From: Promethearchaeota archaeon Loki_b32 | Lineage (GTDB): Archaea; Asgardarchaeota; Lokiarchaeia; Sigyniarchaeales; SOKP01 | NCBI GenBank assembly: GCA_005223125.1 | Contig: NJBH01000001.1 | Span: forward strand, 32,001 to 96,000 | DNA: 64,000 bases | Direction of reading: 5' to 3' | Shown: piece after piece, positions 50,659 through 61,004 of the stretch | Layout: each line of letters begins with the position of its first letter | Numbering within the stretch: position 1 is the stretch's first letter | Translations under genes and position numbers: made by a program | The notes under the pieces: generated by a model | Database searches by the model: none | What the model saw: only the letters and a program-made list of their open reading frames with translations | Told to the model about the DNA's origin: nothing

Positions 50659-51988
50659 TTTTAGTAATATCATGAATTATGAGTTGAATTAAAATTTCAT
50701 TATGTAATCTCACAAGACTGCTTGAGATTTTAACCGATATTAAACTTCCATCTTTATTATAACATTGAATTTCAATAGGTTCTAATTTTTGACCTTTTGC
50801 AAGTTTCTCGTATGCATCTTCTAGTTTAGAAAGTGATTTCGTAGGGAAAGCAATAAGCTCGAGCAGATTTTTTCCAATAAACTCATACCTTTCATATTTA
50901 AATAACTTTACAGTCGCAGAATTGCATTCTATTATACTGCCTTTAAAGTTCAATAAAATAACAGAATATGGCGAGGTTTCAAGTAAATGATAAAACTTTT
51001 CCTTTAATTCTTTTATTTTTAGTATATCTTCTTGAATTCTTTCTTTTAGGTCGTTACTTAAATCTTCGCATTTGACTTTCGAGGCTAATAATTTTTCTTC
51101 TAATTTTTTACGTTCAGTGATATTTCTAATAACACCGATAAATTTAATAGCTCCTTGCTCTTTATAGACACCTCCTCTTGTAGCCACGGGAATATAGTAG
51201 CCATCTTTATGGCATGCTCTATACTCAGCATAAATAATTTCTTCTTTTATAATTGCTTCTTTCATTTTTGTTCTTACCAAAGGTAAATCTTCTGGATGTA
51301 TAAAATCAAATGCATTTAATCCAATTAGCTCTTTAGAATGATACCCAAGAATACCATATGATTGAGGGGATAAAAAAGTAAAAATTCCATCTGAATTGAT
51401 TTCAACAGTAACATCTAATATATTATTAATTACTTTTTCAAAAATCTCATAGGATTTCTTTATTTCATCAATGTATTCTTTTTTCCTACCAAGATCACTC
51501 TGTTTATCTATTGGTTTGAAAATTTTATAATGAATTTTGAAATTTTTTAATAGTTCTTCTACAACACTAAGTTTTGCTAAATCATTAGGAGAAATCTCAA
51601 TTAATGGAGTAGGTTCAGGAATTTCAATTATGGTGAAAAGGATTGCTAATCTATCATTATAATAAAAAATTTTCGAAAAGACTTCAATCCATTTGAATTC
51701 ACCTGATCTTAATAATATTCGACATTTATACCTTGTTGTGTTGTTTTTCTTCTCTTTTAACTTACTCTCAATTTGTTTTTTAACTTTAGATAAATCATCG
51801 GGATGGATTACTCTCATCCAGAAATCTTTTTCTTGAATTTCGTCAAAAGAATATCCGAAGAGTTTCAAAATTGTGTTATTCACATATATAATTCTATCAT
51901 CTTGAAGTACTCCGATTCCCAATAACGAATTTTCAATAAACTCTTTCTCAGAAAAAATATTTTTACATATATCTTGATAATTAATCAT
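50648..51988 (-). CDS. Triple-PAS-domain protein with no output domain
   Basis: IHPDD, IHPED and IGKN PAS motifs; ends IHDIT. Confidence 0.85.
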   Translation of the reverse strand: MINYQDICKNIFSEKEFIENSLLGIGVLQDDRIIYVNNTILKLFGYSFDEIQEKDFWMRVIHPDDLSKVKKQIESKLKEKKNNTTRYKCRILLRSGEFKWIEVFSKIFYYNDRLAILFTIIEIPEPTPLIEISPNDLAKLSVVEELLKNFKIHYKIFKPIDKQSDLGRKKEYIDEIKKSYEIFEKVINNILDVTVEINSDGIFTFLSPQSYGILGYHSKELIGLNAFDFIHPEDLPLVRTKMKEAIIKEEIIYAEYRACHKDGYYIPVATRGGVYKEQGAIKFIGVIRNITERKKLEEKLLASKVKCEDLSNDLKERIQEDILKIKELKEKFYHLLETSPYSVILLNFKGSIIECNSATVKLFKYERYEFIGKNLLELIAFPTKSLSKLEDAYEKLAKGQKLEPIEIQCYNKDGSLISVKISSSLVRLHNEILIQLIIHDITKINA

Positions 51989-52523
51989 TATTTTCTTTCA
52001 CAATATTAGAAACATTTTGTTTAAAATAGGATCAAATTCAAGGTATAAAACAAAATCATTCTATAATATTAATTATTTTAAGATTATAAAAAGACTTAAA
52101 GATTTTTTTTATTTTGTCTCAATTAGAACGTAATAATTATTATAGGGATCATTCCAAATAAGTAAATCGTTGTTAAAAAAAAAGTTATTTTCTCATGTAC
52201 CATACGCTATGAGAATAATGAAACACTAGGAAACTATACTAAACCTTTAAGAGATCTTTTTATAAACAATTTTACTAATTTTTTACTGAGGTATCCAGTT
52301 GTAAAAATATCCGCGAATTCTAATAGGTCAAGATATAATCTGAGTTTAATGAGTTCTTTTGTGTTTGATTGGTTAGATGATATCTTCGAGTAAATAGGCT
52401 CTAATAACATAATCTAAATTTTTTTTTATTATTTTTAATTTATGATATGGGAAAAATTATACCTTATACTTTAAATAGAATTTTGATCTAAATTTTCTAT
52501 CATCGCTTTATTTTTTAGATTTC

Positions 52524-52554
52524 TAAAAATGTGGAATTTATTTCCACATTTTTA
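52524..52554. promoter_or_regulatory. Perfect 13-bp inverted repeat (operator or hairpin)
   Basis: TAAAAATGTGGAA-N5-TTCCACATTTTTA. Confidence 0.45.
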
Positions 52555-52621
52555 TTAATCACAATTTTTTACTTTAGCTCAGACAATCTAATAAATAAAA
52601 AAGCGATATTAAGTTAAGAAC

Positions 52622-52852
52622 TTCTATTATGATAAGGCTATATCTGCATCTACTTATGTTTTTAGAACTTTAATGCAATTAATGGATACATCAAAATTTC
52701 TTTTTGGCAGTGATTATCCTTTTATTCATGAAATCGTAATAAAAGAAATTACTTAAGGGATTGGTAATTACAATGGACTCAATAATGAAGAGTATATTGC
52801 AATTGAACAAAAAAACGCTCTCTCACTTTTTCCTCGATTAAAAAATAATTAG
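52622..52852 (+). pseudogene. Amidohydrolase_2-family 3' remnant
   Basis: FYYDKAISAS...LFGSDYPF...EIT*GIG...NALSLFPRL. Confidence 0.75.
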
Positions 52853-52927
52853 GTAAAATTAAAATTTTTTAATACTAAAAGTTTATTACATTACAATAGT
52901 AGAAAAATTAAAGCTCCAAATACTAAA

Positions 52928-53323
52928 ATGTCAGATGAAGAACTTCGGGATCAAATTAATAAAATAGCAGTTGAGATTGAGAAAATTGAACAAACTGCAA
53001 AACAAAAGGAAACTTATGTTAAAAATAGAATTAGTGAAGAATTTGATGCAAAAATTAGTGAAATCGAAACAGAATTGCAGAAAGAACAAGCGATACTCGA
53101 TGAAATTGTTAAAAGTATCAATGAATTAGCAATAAATAAGAAGGAAATGATTCCTGTCGTAAAAAATTTAGAACAAAAATATAAAAATTTGAAAAAAGAT
53201 AAAGAAAAAGCCTTAAATGAGCAATTAAAGTCAATTATTAAGGAAAAGAAAGTTAAATCGAAAATAATTGACCAAAAAATAAAACTGCTAGAAAAGAAAT
53301 TAAAAGCAACAGAGAAGAAATAA
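52928..53323 (+). CDS. Coiled-coil protein, paralog 1
   Basis: Heptad, K/E-rich; similar to 58829..59164. Confidence 0.7.
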   Translation: MSDEELRDQINKIAVEIEKIEQTAKQKETYVKNRISEEFDAKISEIETELQKEQAILDEIVKSINELAINKKEMIPVVKNLEQKYKNLKKDKEKALNEQLKSIIKEKKVKSKIIDQKIKLLEKKLKATEKK

Positions 53324-53404
53324 TTTTTCAATTAAAGATTTCTACCAAAAATGGAGATAATTATTTAAATAAAGTTTGATTCATATTGTTATTCTATTTT
53401 AGAG

Positions 53405-53884
53405 ATGGTAAAAATGTCATATACACAATCTCCACATCTATATGATAATGAAATTGAAGAATTTCTAAAAACTGCCAAGATTGCAAGAATCTGTTCTCAT
53501 AATAAAGATGGTACTATTCATGCTGTACCAGTATGGTTCGATTATGATAATGGAAAAATAATAATAGGAACTCCTAAAGCTAGCCGTAGAGCTAGAAATA
53601 TAAAACATAATAATAATGTAACTGTGTTAATTGACGAAATTGGTCCACCAACTAGAGCAGCTATAATTTATGGTAAAGCAAGTATGGATGGAGAAGATAT
53701 GGATAAAGTAGCTCATTCTATATTCAGCAGGTATATGTCTGAAGAAGAAGCGAGAGGTTATTGGAAAGGATTATCAGAATTAACAGAGTGGGTAAAAATT
53801 ATAGTAGAACCTATTCATATAGCTTCTTTTGATTATAGTAAAGATACAAAGTACTTAGATGCTACAAAAAAGTATATCTCTTAA
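53405..53884 (+). CDS. Pyridoxamine 5'-phosphate oxidase-like (PPOX/F420-type) protein
   Basis: NKDGTIHAVPVWF; RARNIKHNNNVTVLID. Confidence 0.85.
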   Translation: MVKMSYTQSPHLYDNEIEEFLKTAKIARICSHNKDGTIHAVPVWFDYDNGKIIIGTPKASRRARNIKHNNNVTVLIDEIGPPTRAAIIYGKASMDGEDMDKVAHSIFSRYMSEEEARGYWKGLSELTEWVKIIVEPIHIASFDYSKDTKYLDATKKYIS

Positions 53885-54241
53885 AGAGAGATAATGAGAT
53901 TTTTACTAATTAAGCTTTAATATTAAATTATTCTAAGATATAGAAAAATAACTGATTTTTTAATTAACATGTTAGATAATGAAAATTTGAAACAAATACT
54001 AAAAGATGAGATTTTTAAACTACGAAATTTAGGAGAACATGCCAGAGGAGGTTAGCATATTTTAAAGATACTGAGGGTATAGTGACAGGTATTATGCAAG
54101 AAGATCCAAATGTTAAATTTTTAATTTTTTTTTACACAAACATCATATAGATACTAAAAAAGCTGAATATTAAAAATAAGAAGTCTATTATACATATAAA
54201 GAAAATAGTGGAAAAACAAAAATTAGGGATTACATTTAATT

Positions 54242-54625
54242 ATGATAAAGTCAGTATTAGTCTGTGATTCGGAGGGATATCCCTTTTACTCACGGAAAAT
54301 TGATTCGAATATGGGTGAAATTGACCCAACAATATTTAGTGGCTTGATTTCGGCAATTGGGGCAATTGGAAAGGAGTTATTTAAGGAGGAAATTGCCACA
54401 ATTACTTATGGTGAAAAATATGAAATAACAATTATCACAAAAGAATTGTTTGGTAATCAAAAATCCATTTACTTTGTCTTTTTAATTGAAGGAGATGCTG
54501 ATCTTAAATTGATGAAACAACTAAGCACTAATATATTCATTGAAACTAAAAATGTTTTAAAAGATCCCTTATCTGCTAGGCAAGACATCAAGGAAAAAGT
54601 AGATAGAATACTTAATAAATTATAA
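54242..54625 (+). CDS. Longin/roadblock-like small protein
   Basis: SEGYPFYSR...DPTIFSGLISAIGAIGKEL. Confidence 0.65.
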   Translation: MIKSVLVCDSEGYPFYSRKIDSNMGEIDPTIFSGLISAIGAIGKELFKEEIATITYGEKYEITIITKELFGNQKSIYFVFLIEGDADLKLMKQLSTNIFIETKNVLKDPLSARQDIKEKVDRILNKL

Positions 54626-54750
54626 TCGTCTTGGGATAAAGGTTACCTTTTATCGTATTTTGCATATATTCCTGAAATTTGATTCTTTTTATAAAAATCT
54701 GAAAGAATAACCAATTTACAGATTTGTGAGAATATTTATAAAGACTGAAA

Positions 54751-56838
54751 ATGAAATCACTAATCATGGAATCAATTAACAATTTTATTAAAAAATTCAA
54801 TTCTGAGATTGCACTATTAACGGTGATGTTTTTATTCTTTTTCCAATTAGTTGGTGCTTTAATTGAATCTATATACATGTTAGATCTCCTAAATTTAGAA
54901 CTAGATGAAAAAATAGCAGGATTATTTTTCTTATTTAGTCCAATTATTATACTAGCATTTAGAAAACAGATTCCTAACTACTTTCTTGAAGTTGTAGCTA
55001 TAGTAGCAATAATTTCACGTTTAATTTCTCCATTAATGAATTCCGCGAACAGAATTATAACTTCAGGGTTAGGTGTAGGATGTTTTATGCTTTTCTTACC
55101 AGCATATTTCTATCAATCTATAGTAAATCAAAATACAGATAAAGGGGAAAGAGTAAGTTTAAAACTTGGGATTGGCCTTGCTTCGGCTATTTTGCTTTCG
55201 ATTACATTCAGGGCACTCAATTCAACCGTTGATATTTCAATTTATGGCTTTTTTCAAATTCTTGGGTGGTTTCTTGCCATAATTGCAGGTCTAATAATAT
55301 TCAATCGAATAATGGAGCAAAAAACAGAGAGTTCTTCAAAAACTCTAGAAGAGGGAAAACATTTGTCTCAAGGAGAAGAATTAAGAAAGGTTGGGCGATT
55401 TAAAGGAGTTAAACTGCTATCTCTTGGATTATTAAGTATATTAACTCTCAGTTTTTTTGCTTTTATCAGTCCTACTGTTATTTCAAGATGGACAGAAGGA
55501 GATTATGTGACTATCACTATTGCTGTCGCAGTGATGATTGCTGTAACCATAAGTATTTTAGCATTCAAACCAAATATTCTTGGAAGGTTAAATTCAAGGA
55601 TACTGTGGATATGGAATGCTTTATTTATTGTTTCACTTGTTTTAACAATCGTAGTGCATACTTTTCCATTTCCCCCTGGTCCTTTTTCAGCACCCGTAGT
55701 CATAGGTCGCCCATTTGGTTGGTATTATTATATTCCTTTAGTGTTAATGATAGCATTATTACCTATAGTCTTTATGGATTTTACGCTCTTGAGTCGAGAA
55801 CTTATTAGACAAAAGCCAAAGCCGTCAAAGATAGGGGCAGGTTTCGTGGTAGGCAGTTTATTTTTCATTTTAGCATCATTCATGCTAATATTTACAAATG
55901 TTTGGGGTTATATAGATCCAGTGAGTCAATATTTTCGTAATTTATTCTGGCTTCCCTTCTTATTAGTAGGAATCGCAATTCCAATTATGGGAAAGGCAAT
56001 CTTTAAGAAACGATTGTTAGAGTTCAAGTCGATCTTTACTAATATAACGGAGAAAAGAATAATAGCATCATTTTTAATCATCTTACTAATTGGAACTAGT
56101 GTGTCAGTACTAGCCTGGGAATTACGTCCTAAATCACAAGATACAAGTGGGATAACCTCACTTACAGTAATGACATACAACATTCAGCAGGGCGTGGATA
56201 TAGATGGGAATAAAAATTATGATAACCAGTTAGCCGTTATTAAGGCAATTGATCCAGATATTATCGGTCTACAAGAATGTGACACAGCAAGAATGAGTCA
56301 CGGTAGTTCAGATGTTGTACGTTATTTTGCGAATCAACTGAATTATTATTCGTTTTACGGTCCAAGAACAGTTACAGGAACGTATGGAGCAGCAGTTCTT
56401 TCACGATTTCCAATAATAAATGCGAAAACATTCTTTACTTACAGCGATGTGGATGAAGTTGGCACAACTGAGGTCCAAATTAAAGTGGGCACTACCATAT
56501 TTAATGTATATGTAAGCCATCCTGCGGGAAGTGATGAGGTACATTTAGCACATATGCAAGCATTAATGGATCGTATCAGTGGTAAAACAAATGTAATCTC
56601 TATGGGCGATTTTAATGCTGAAAATGATACAATTTATTATGGTATGTCTATAGCGGTATTACAAGATGTTTGGGTGACCGCTGCATCGCGAGGGGTAGAC
56701 GGTACTAGTTTAGTTTTATCAGAACGTATAGATCACATTTTTGTATCTCTTAGTTTTACAGTTTCAGAAACTCGATATATTAGCGTTCCTGAATCTGAAT
56801 CTGATCATCCAGCACTGTGGACGGAAATCCATTTTTAA
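54751..56838 (+). CDS. Multi-TM protein with C-terminal EEP domain (CWH43/PGAP2IP-like)
   Basis: MTYNI; IGLQE; LSRFPI; GDFN; RIDHIF; SDH; about 13 TM segments. Confidence 0.85.
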   Translation: MKSLIMESINNFIKKFNSEIALLTVMFLFFFQLVGALIESIYMLDLLNLELDEKIAGLFFLFSPIIILAFRKQIPNYFLEVVAIVAIISRLISPLMNSANRIITSGLGVGCFMLFLPAYFYQSIVNQNTDKGERVSLKLGIGLASAILLSITFRALNSTVDISIYGFFQILGWFLAIIAGLIIFNRIMEQKTESSSKTLEEGKHLSQGEELRKVGRFKGVKLLSLGLLSILTLSFFAFISPTVISRWTEGDYVTITIAVAVMIAVTISILAFKPNILGRLNSRILWIWNALFIVSLVLTIVVHTFPFPPGPFSAPVVIGRPFGWYYYIPLVLMIALLPIVFMDFTLLSRELIRQKPKPSKIGAGFVVGSLFFILASFMLIFTNVWGYIDPVSQYFRNLFWLPFLLVGIAIPIMGKAIFKKRLLEFKSIFTNITEKRIIASFLIILLIGTSVSVLAWELRPKSQDTSGITSLTVMTYNIQQGVDIDGNKNYDNQLAVIKAIDPDIIGLQECDTARMSHGSSDVVRYFANQLNYYSFYGPRTVTGTYGAAVLSRFPIINAKTFFTYSDVDEVGTTEVQIKVGTTIFNVYVSHPAGSDEVHLAHMQALMDRISGKTNVISMGDFNAENDTIYYGMSIAVLQDVWVTAASRGVDGTSLVLSERIDHIFVSLSFTVSETRYISVPESESDHPALWTEIHF

Positions 56839-56856
56839 TTATAACTTTTTTTTTAT

Positions 56857-57738
56857 TTAGAGCCATTTTACTTTAAGAGGTTTTCGAGCGGGTATTCTGT
56901 AATAGCGTGCTTTTGGATATCCTATTGCTAGTGTGTATCCCGCTTTATGTTTTATTGGGAGCTTTACAATTTTCGCAATTGACCTCAGAGTATTGAAAAA
57001 ATTATTGATATATCCTAAAGAGCAAGTACCTAATCCTAATGTTTCAGCAGCTAACATGACTTGACAGGCTGCTAGTGCGCAATTCTCTTCTAATGATAAA
57101 GCGGTCTTAGGTGAATGGATTATTATAAGTTCAGCATCCCATCGCCATACTTCTTCGCCAAGTTTTACTATATTTAATTTTCTTTTAAATGCGGGAATGA
57201 CTTCTTCAAGTTTTCTTATAAGTTCGAGAGAAAAAGTTTTTTCTAAGGTTTTTTTTCCATCAGGATTTTCAAAAGTATCAACAAGATTCTTTATTTGAAT
57301 GTTTATTTCATTTGATAACTTCTTAAGGGTTTCACGATCTTGAACAACTGTAAAATGAACATTTTCTTGATTATGCCCTGTTGGAGAATATCTTCCTACT
57401 ATATTTAATATTTTTTCAATTAATTCTTTTGGAACAGGTTTATCTTTAAATTGCCTTCGAGATCGTCTCGTTTGAAAAAGATTTGTCAATATTTCGAAAG
57501 ATGGCAAATCTTCTTTGGGGGGAACAATCTTGAGAACCTTATCCTTATGGATTTTGAGTCGTATCGCATTAACTGGACAAACAGCAACGCACTTTCCACA
57601 CTCAAGACAAAATTCATCCGCTTCATCAACAAGGCATAAGTTTTCTGCGTCAAAATAATAATATCGACATTCTTCTATGCAGGCTTTGCATTTAGTGCAA
57701 GAATCTATATCTACAACTATTTTGGAATTTTCTAACAT
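56857..57738 (-). CDS. Nitroreductase with N-terminal 4Fe-4S dicluster
   Basis: CTKCKAC; CLECGKCVAVCP; RRSRRQF; SPTGHNQE. Confidence 0.92.
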   Translation of the reverse strand: MLENSKIVVDIDSCTKCKACIEECRYYYFDAENLCLVDEADEFCLECGKCVAVCPVNAIRLKIHKDKVLKIVPPKEDLPSFEILTNLFQTRRSRRQFKDKPVPKELIEKILNIVGRYSPTGHNQENVHFTVVQDRETLKKLSNEINIQIKNLVDTFENPDGKKTLEKTFSLELIRKLEEVIPAFKRKLNIVKLGEEVWRWDAELIIIHSPKTALSLEENCALAACQVMLAAETLGLGTCSLGYINNFFNTLRSIAKIVKLPIKHKAGYTLAIGYPKARYYRIPARKPLKVKWL

Positions 57739-57895
57739 TTTTAAATCTCAATTAAAATAATATTACTATGATTTACCATGTAATAATATTAATTCTTTAG
57801 TATTTCTAAGCGGAAATTTTTAAAAAATTTTTATAAAAGCCGTGAATTCTTTTTCCAAATCTAATATCAAAATATAAAGATAAAGAAAAAAATGG

Positions 57896-58105
57896 ATGGT
57901 AATATTAATGCCAGAATTTAAAGTACTTACTTATATCCAACCAATGAAGCAATCTAAAAAGGATTTCCATCCTTATGAATTTGAGAAAATGGTTAATCAA
58001 CATCTTCAAGAAGGGTGGAAGATAATAAATTGTGATGGCATTTTTTTGGGAGGAGTTAGCCCAGCAAATGGCATGCACTATTGCGCATATTTAATAAAAG
58101 AATAA
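57896..58105 (+). CDS. DUF4177-like small protein
   Basis: EFKV...EKMVNQHLQEGWKII. Confidence 0.6.
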   Translation: MVILMPEFKVLTYIQPMKQSKKDFHPYEFEKMVNQHLQEGWKIINCDGIFLGGVSPANGMHYCAYLIKE

Positions 58106-58164
58106 TTTTAAATAAAAAAAAAATCTTTTTAAATTTTCAATGTTAACAAAAATATAACAAATAT

Positions 58165-58671
58165 TTACTCGTCCCATATATAAGTAGACTCACAATACTC
58201 ATTGCCTTGCATTAAGGTTTTTGAACGCATCAATTTAAGTTTAGGATGAAATGTCTTAGCCATTGCATAATCAGGATAACAACACATGGGATAACCAAGA
58301 CCAGGTTCATTAATTTTTAAGAATGTTTTAGCCCAGAGACACTTAGTAAATCTAATTATTAATTTTTTAGGTGAATCTTCAGCGATAGTAAATTCAAGAC
58401 AATGTTGCATGAAATCGGTGCTCATTTGTTCTTTATATATTTCTTTAAATTCTTCAAAATTATCGATTGGTTTCTTATCTTTCAATAACCTCAAAATTAA
58501 AGCTCTACTCTTTTTTTTATAGAGTTCTTTAATCTTTTCTAGCGCATTCATTTCGTCCATGATTGGAGTTAAAGCTCTTATCATTTCAGTAATCCCATTA
58601 AATCGTGTTCTAAAATAATCTTCATATGATATTTCAAATGTTTCTTTAGATTTTTCATCTATATCTGGCAT
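58165..58671 (-). CDS. L-2-amino-thiazoline-4-carboxylate hydrolase-family protein
   Basis: CLWAKTF; CCYPDY; RSKTLMQGNEYC. Confidence 0.85.
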   Translation of the reverse strand: MPDIDEKSKETFEISYEDYFRTRFNGITEMIRALTPIMDEMNALEKIKELYKKKSRALILRLLKDKKPIDNFEEFKEIYKEQMSTDFMQHCLEFTIAEDSPKKLIIRFTKCLWAKTFLKINEPGLGYPMCCYPDYAMAKTFHPKLKLMRSKTLMQGNEYCESTYIWDE

Positions 58672-58828
58672 AATATATCTCCTTCCTTTTTATGATTTTC
58701 TTAAAATAAATTTTCTCATATATTTCTAGGTTATTCATTATAATCCAAAAGAGAATTAAACTTTTTTATAATAATTCAATAAATAATTTTGTATAAACTA
58801 TTTATTTATCAAGAGGAATATTAGTAAT

Positions 58829-59164
58829 ATGGAGAATGATATTAAGAAAATAGAAGAAGGAGCGAAAAAAAAAGAAAATTATATTAAAGAGAGAACCAAT
58901 AAGGAATATGCTCCTAAAATCGATGAAATTGAATCAAAACTAGGTCCTATACGCAATGAGTTTAATGCGGTTGAAAAATCCCTCGATGAGTTAGAATTAA
59001 AGATGAAAGAGTTAAAAAAAAGGAAGAGGGAATTGATTATCGCAGCACAACCTCTAATGAAAGATCTAAAAAATGTGAAAAAAGAAAAGAAAAAATTCTT
59101 AAACAAGGAATTAAAGGCAATCGCTAAAGAAAAGAATATTAAAAAGAAAGTTATTGAAAAATAA
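58829..59164 (+). CDS. Coiled-coil protein, paralog 2 (possibly truncated)
   Basis: KIEEGAKKKENYIK...KIDEIESKL vs KIEQTAKQKETYVK...KISEIETEL. Confidence 0.65.
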   Translation: MENDIKKIEEGAKKKENYIKERTNKEYAPKIDEIESKLGPIRNEFNAVEKSLDELELKMKELKKRKRELIIAAQPLMKDLKNVKKEKKKFLNKELKAIAKEKNIKKKVIEK

Positions 59165-59253
59165 TCAATGTATTTTTACTATTTTCTAGCTTTTTAGTAC
59201 TAAAATTAAAAAGAGTTTTTTTCATATTTTATTTTAAAATTTTAAATTTAGCC

Positions 59254-59535
59254 TTAATTGGAAAATTCTTCTTTTATTATTTTTGTATATATTTGATATT
59301 CGTGAGGATTCAGTAATTTAATTAGTTTTCCTTTATGATGATAATGATCTGGGAGATCTATCATGAACAAATTTTGAATTAAAAGTAAATAATTGAGATA
59401 TTTTTTCTTTGAAACCAATGTTAGATAGTTTTTTGAAATTTCTGTTATTTTTCTGTTTATCCAAATTGGATCTTCTTTTTTCATCACTATTAAATATTCA
59501 TAATAGTTTAAAATTTCATCATAGTAGTCTTTCAT
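59254..59535 (-). CDS. Hypothetical protein
   Basis: 93-aa ORF downstream of the MCP. Confidence 0.5.
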   Translation of the reverse strand: MKDYYDEILNYYEYLIVMKKEDPIWINRKITEISKNYLTLVSKKKYLNYLLLIQNLFMIDLPDHYHHKGKLIKLLNPHEYQIYTKIIKEEFSN

Positions 59536-59586
59536 TCTTGTTTCTGTCTCTGTCTGTATTAGTTGTGAGATATATTGGTTTTGTGT

Positions 59587-60741
59587 TTATAACTTACTTC
59601 TTGATTGTTGATAATTCAATTGTATATCATTATCTTCATTCAAAATTTTAAATAAGTTTTTCAATTCTTCACTTAAATAACCGAGTTTCTGAGCTGTTGC
59701 TGTAATTTCTTCCATAGATGCTGTTTGTTGTTCTGTAGATGAGGTAATACCTTCCACAGAATGAAAAGCTAATCTAAATTTACTTATTATCTCATTAATT
59801 TTGTCTCCCGTATTAATAACCGCTCTCTTTGATTCTTCAGCTAATTTTCTAACTTCATTAGCAACAACGGCAAATCCTGTTCCATGTTCACCAGCCCTTC
59901 CAGCTTCAATACTAGCATTTAGGGCTAATATATTCGTTTGGTCTGCTATGTTAGTGATTAAATCCATAACATTCTGTATTTCTGTTGATGAACTCATGAC
60001 TTCTTGAGTGGTAGTTGCCATTTCTTGTGTAGATGCAGATATTTCTTCAGAAGCTGCATTTACTTCACTCGCACCTGAGGCTAATTCTGTTGCAATATTT
60101 GAAATGTTAATACTGGCTTGTGAAGCAGTATTAAGAACTGTGTTTAGAGAGTTGTTAACTCGTATTATTCTTTGCTCTATTAAAGCAACTAATCCTGTTA
60201 CCAAGAGAATTGTTGCAAAAGAGATCATAATTCCTTCTCCGAAATTTGGTATTGCTGTCCCCCCCATAGATGAGTATAGTTGGTTGCAAACCACAATTAT
60301 AGCAGCTATTATAACTATCCCGAAAAATGCATGAGTTGGTGTATTTTTCTTGCGATATATTCGTATAAACAGAAATAAGCTAATTATAAGTAAAATGAAT
60401 AGTACTACTAGAATTCCACTAATAGCAATATCTAGTACTGCTATTGCGGCTAGGAATGATCGGTTCTTTATATTGTTATATTTTATAAAAGTATCGTAAT
60501 ATTCTTTGACTACTGCAATAAAGATGCTAATAACAGAAAACATTATGAATACATAAGATATCAATGATAGTTCCTCTATTACGCTTTCAAAATTGATTAA
60601 TACAAAACCAATAGCAAGTAAAATATACATTGGAAGCCAGGTTATGAGATCTCGCCTTTTCATACAAACAAATGAGAAAATTATTGCTGCTGCTACAGCT
60701 ATAAATGAAAATTCAAAAACTAAAGCATTTAATTCAAGTAT
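59587..60741 (-). CDS. Methyl-accepting chemotaxis-like protein with multi-TM sensor
   Basis: [38 protein letters not shown]; frame extends 26 codons (one more TM) upstream of ATG 60663. Confidence 0.88.
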   Translation of the reverse strand: MLELNALVFEFSFIAVAAAIIFSFVCMKRRDLITWLPMYILLAIGFVLINFESVIEELSLISYVFIMFSVISIFIAVVKEYYDTFIKYNNIKNRSFLAAIAVLDIAISGILVVLFILLIISLFLFIRIYRKKNTPTHAFFGIVIIAAIIVVCNQLYSSMGGTAIPNFGEGIMISFATILLVTGLVALIEQRIIRVNNSLNTVLNTASQASINISNIATELASGASEVNAASEEISASTQEMATTTQEVMSSSTEIQNVMDLITNIADQTNILALNASIEAGRAGEHGTGFAVVANEVRKLAEESKRAVINTGDKINEIISKFRLAFHSVEGITSSTEQQTASMEEITATAQKLGYLSEELKNLFKILNEDNDIQLNYQQSRSKL

Positions 60742-61004
60742 TTTTTTAATTCTACCTCTTATTTTTATAATTTAGAGGATCTTGAAAATACAAGATCCTT
60801 TGGATTTATTATAGTCTTTTTGGTATGCTGTTTAGATCCTTTTTTTAGCATTATTTGTTTAAAACAATTTGGTATATGTTTTTGCATAAAAATGACCTTT
60901 TCTATGTAATTATGAAATAATTTGTATTTAAGTTTTTCTTTTTTACATAATTTGATCTATTTTTGTGCAAATTCAAAAAAACAAAAAGAAAGTAAAATTC
61001 AGAA

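Noticed and set aside
525-52756. Global TAA reassignment
   Set aside because: Most intact genes end in TAA, and the residues implied at internal TAAs differ
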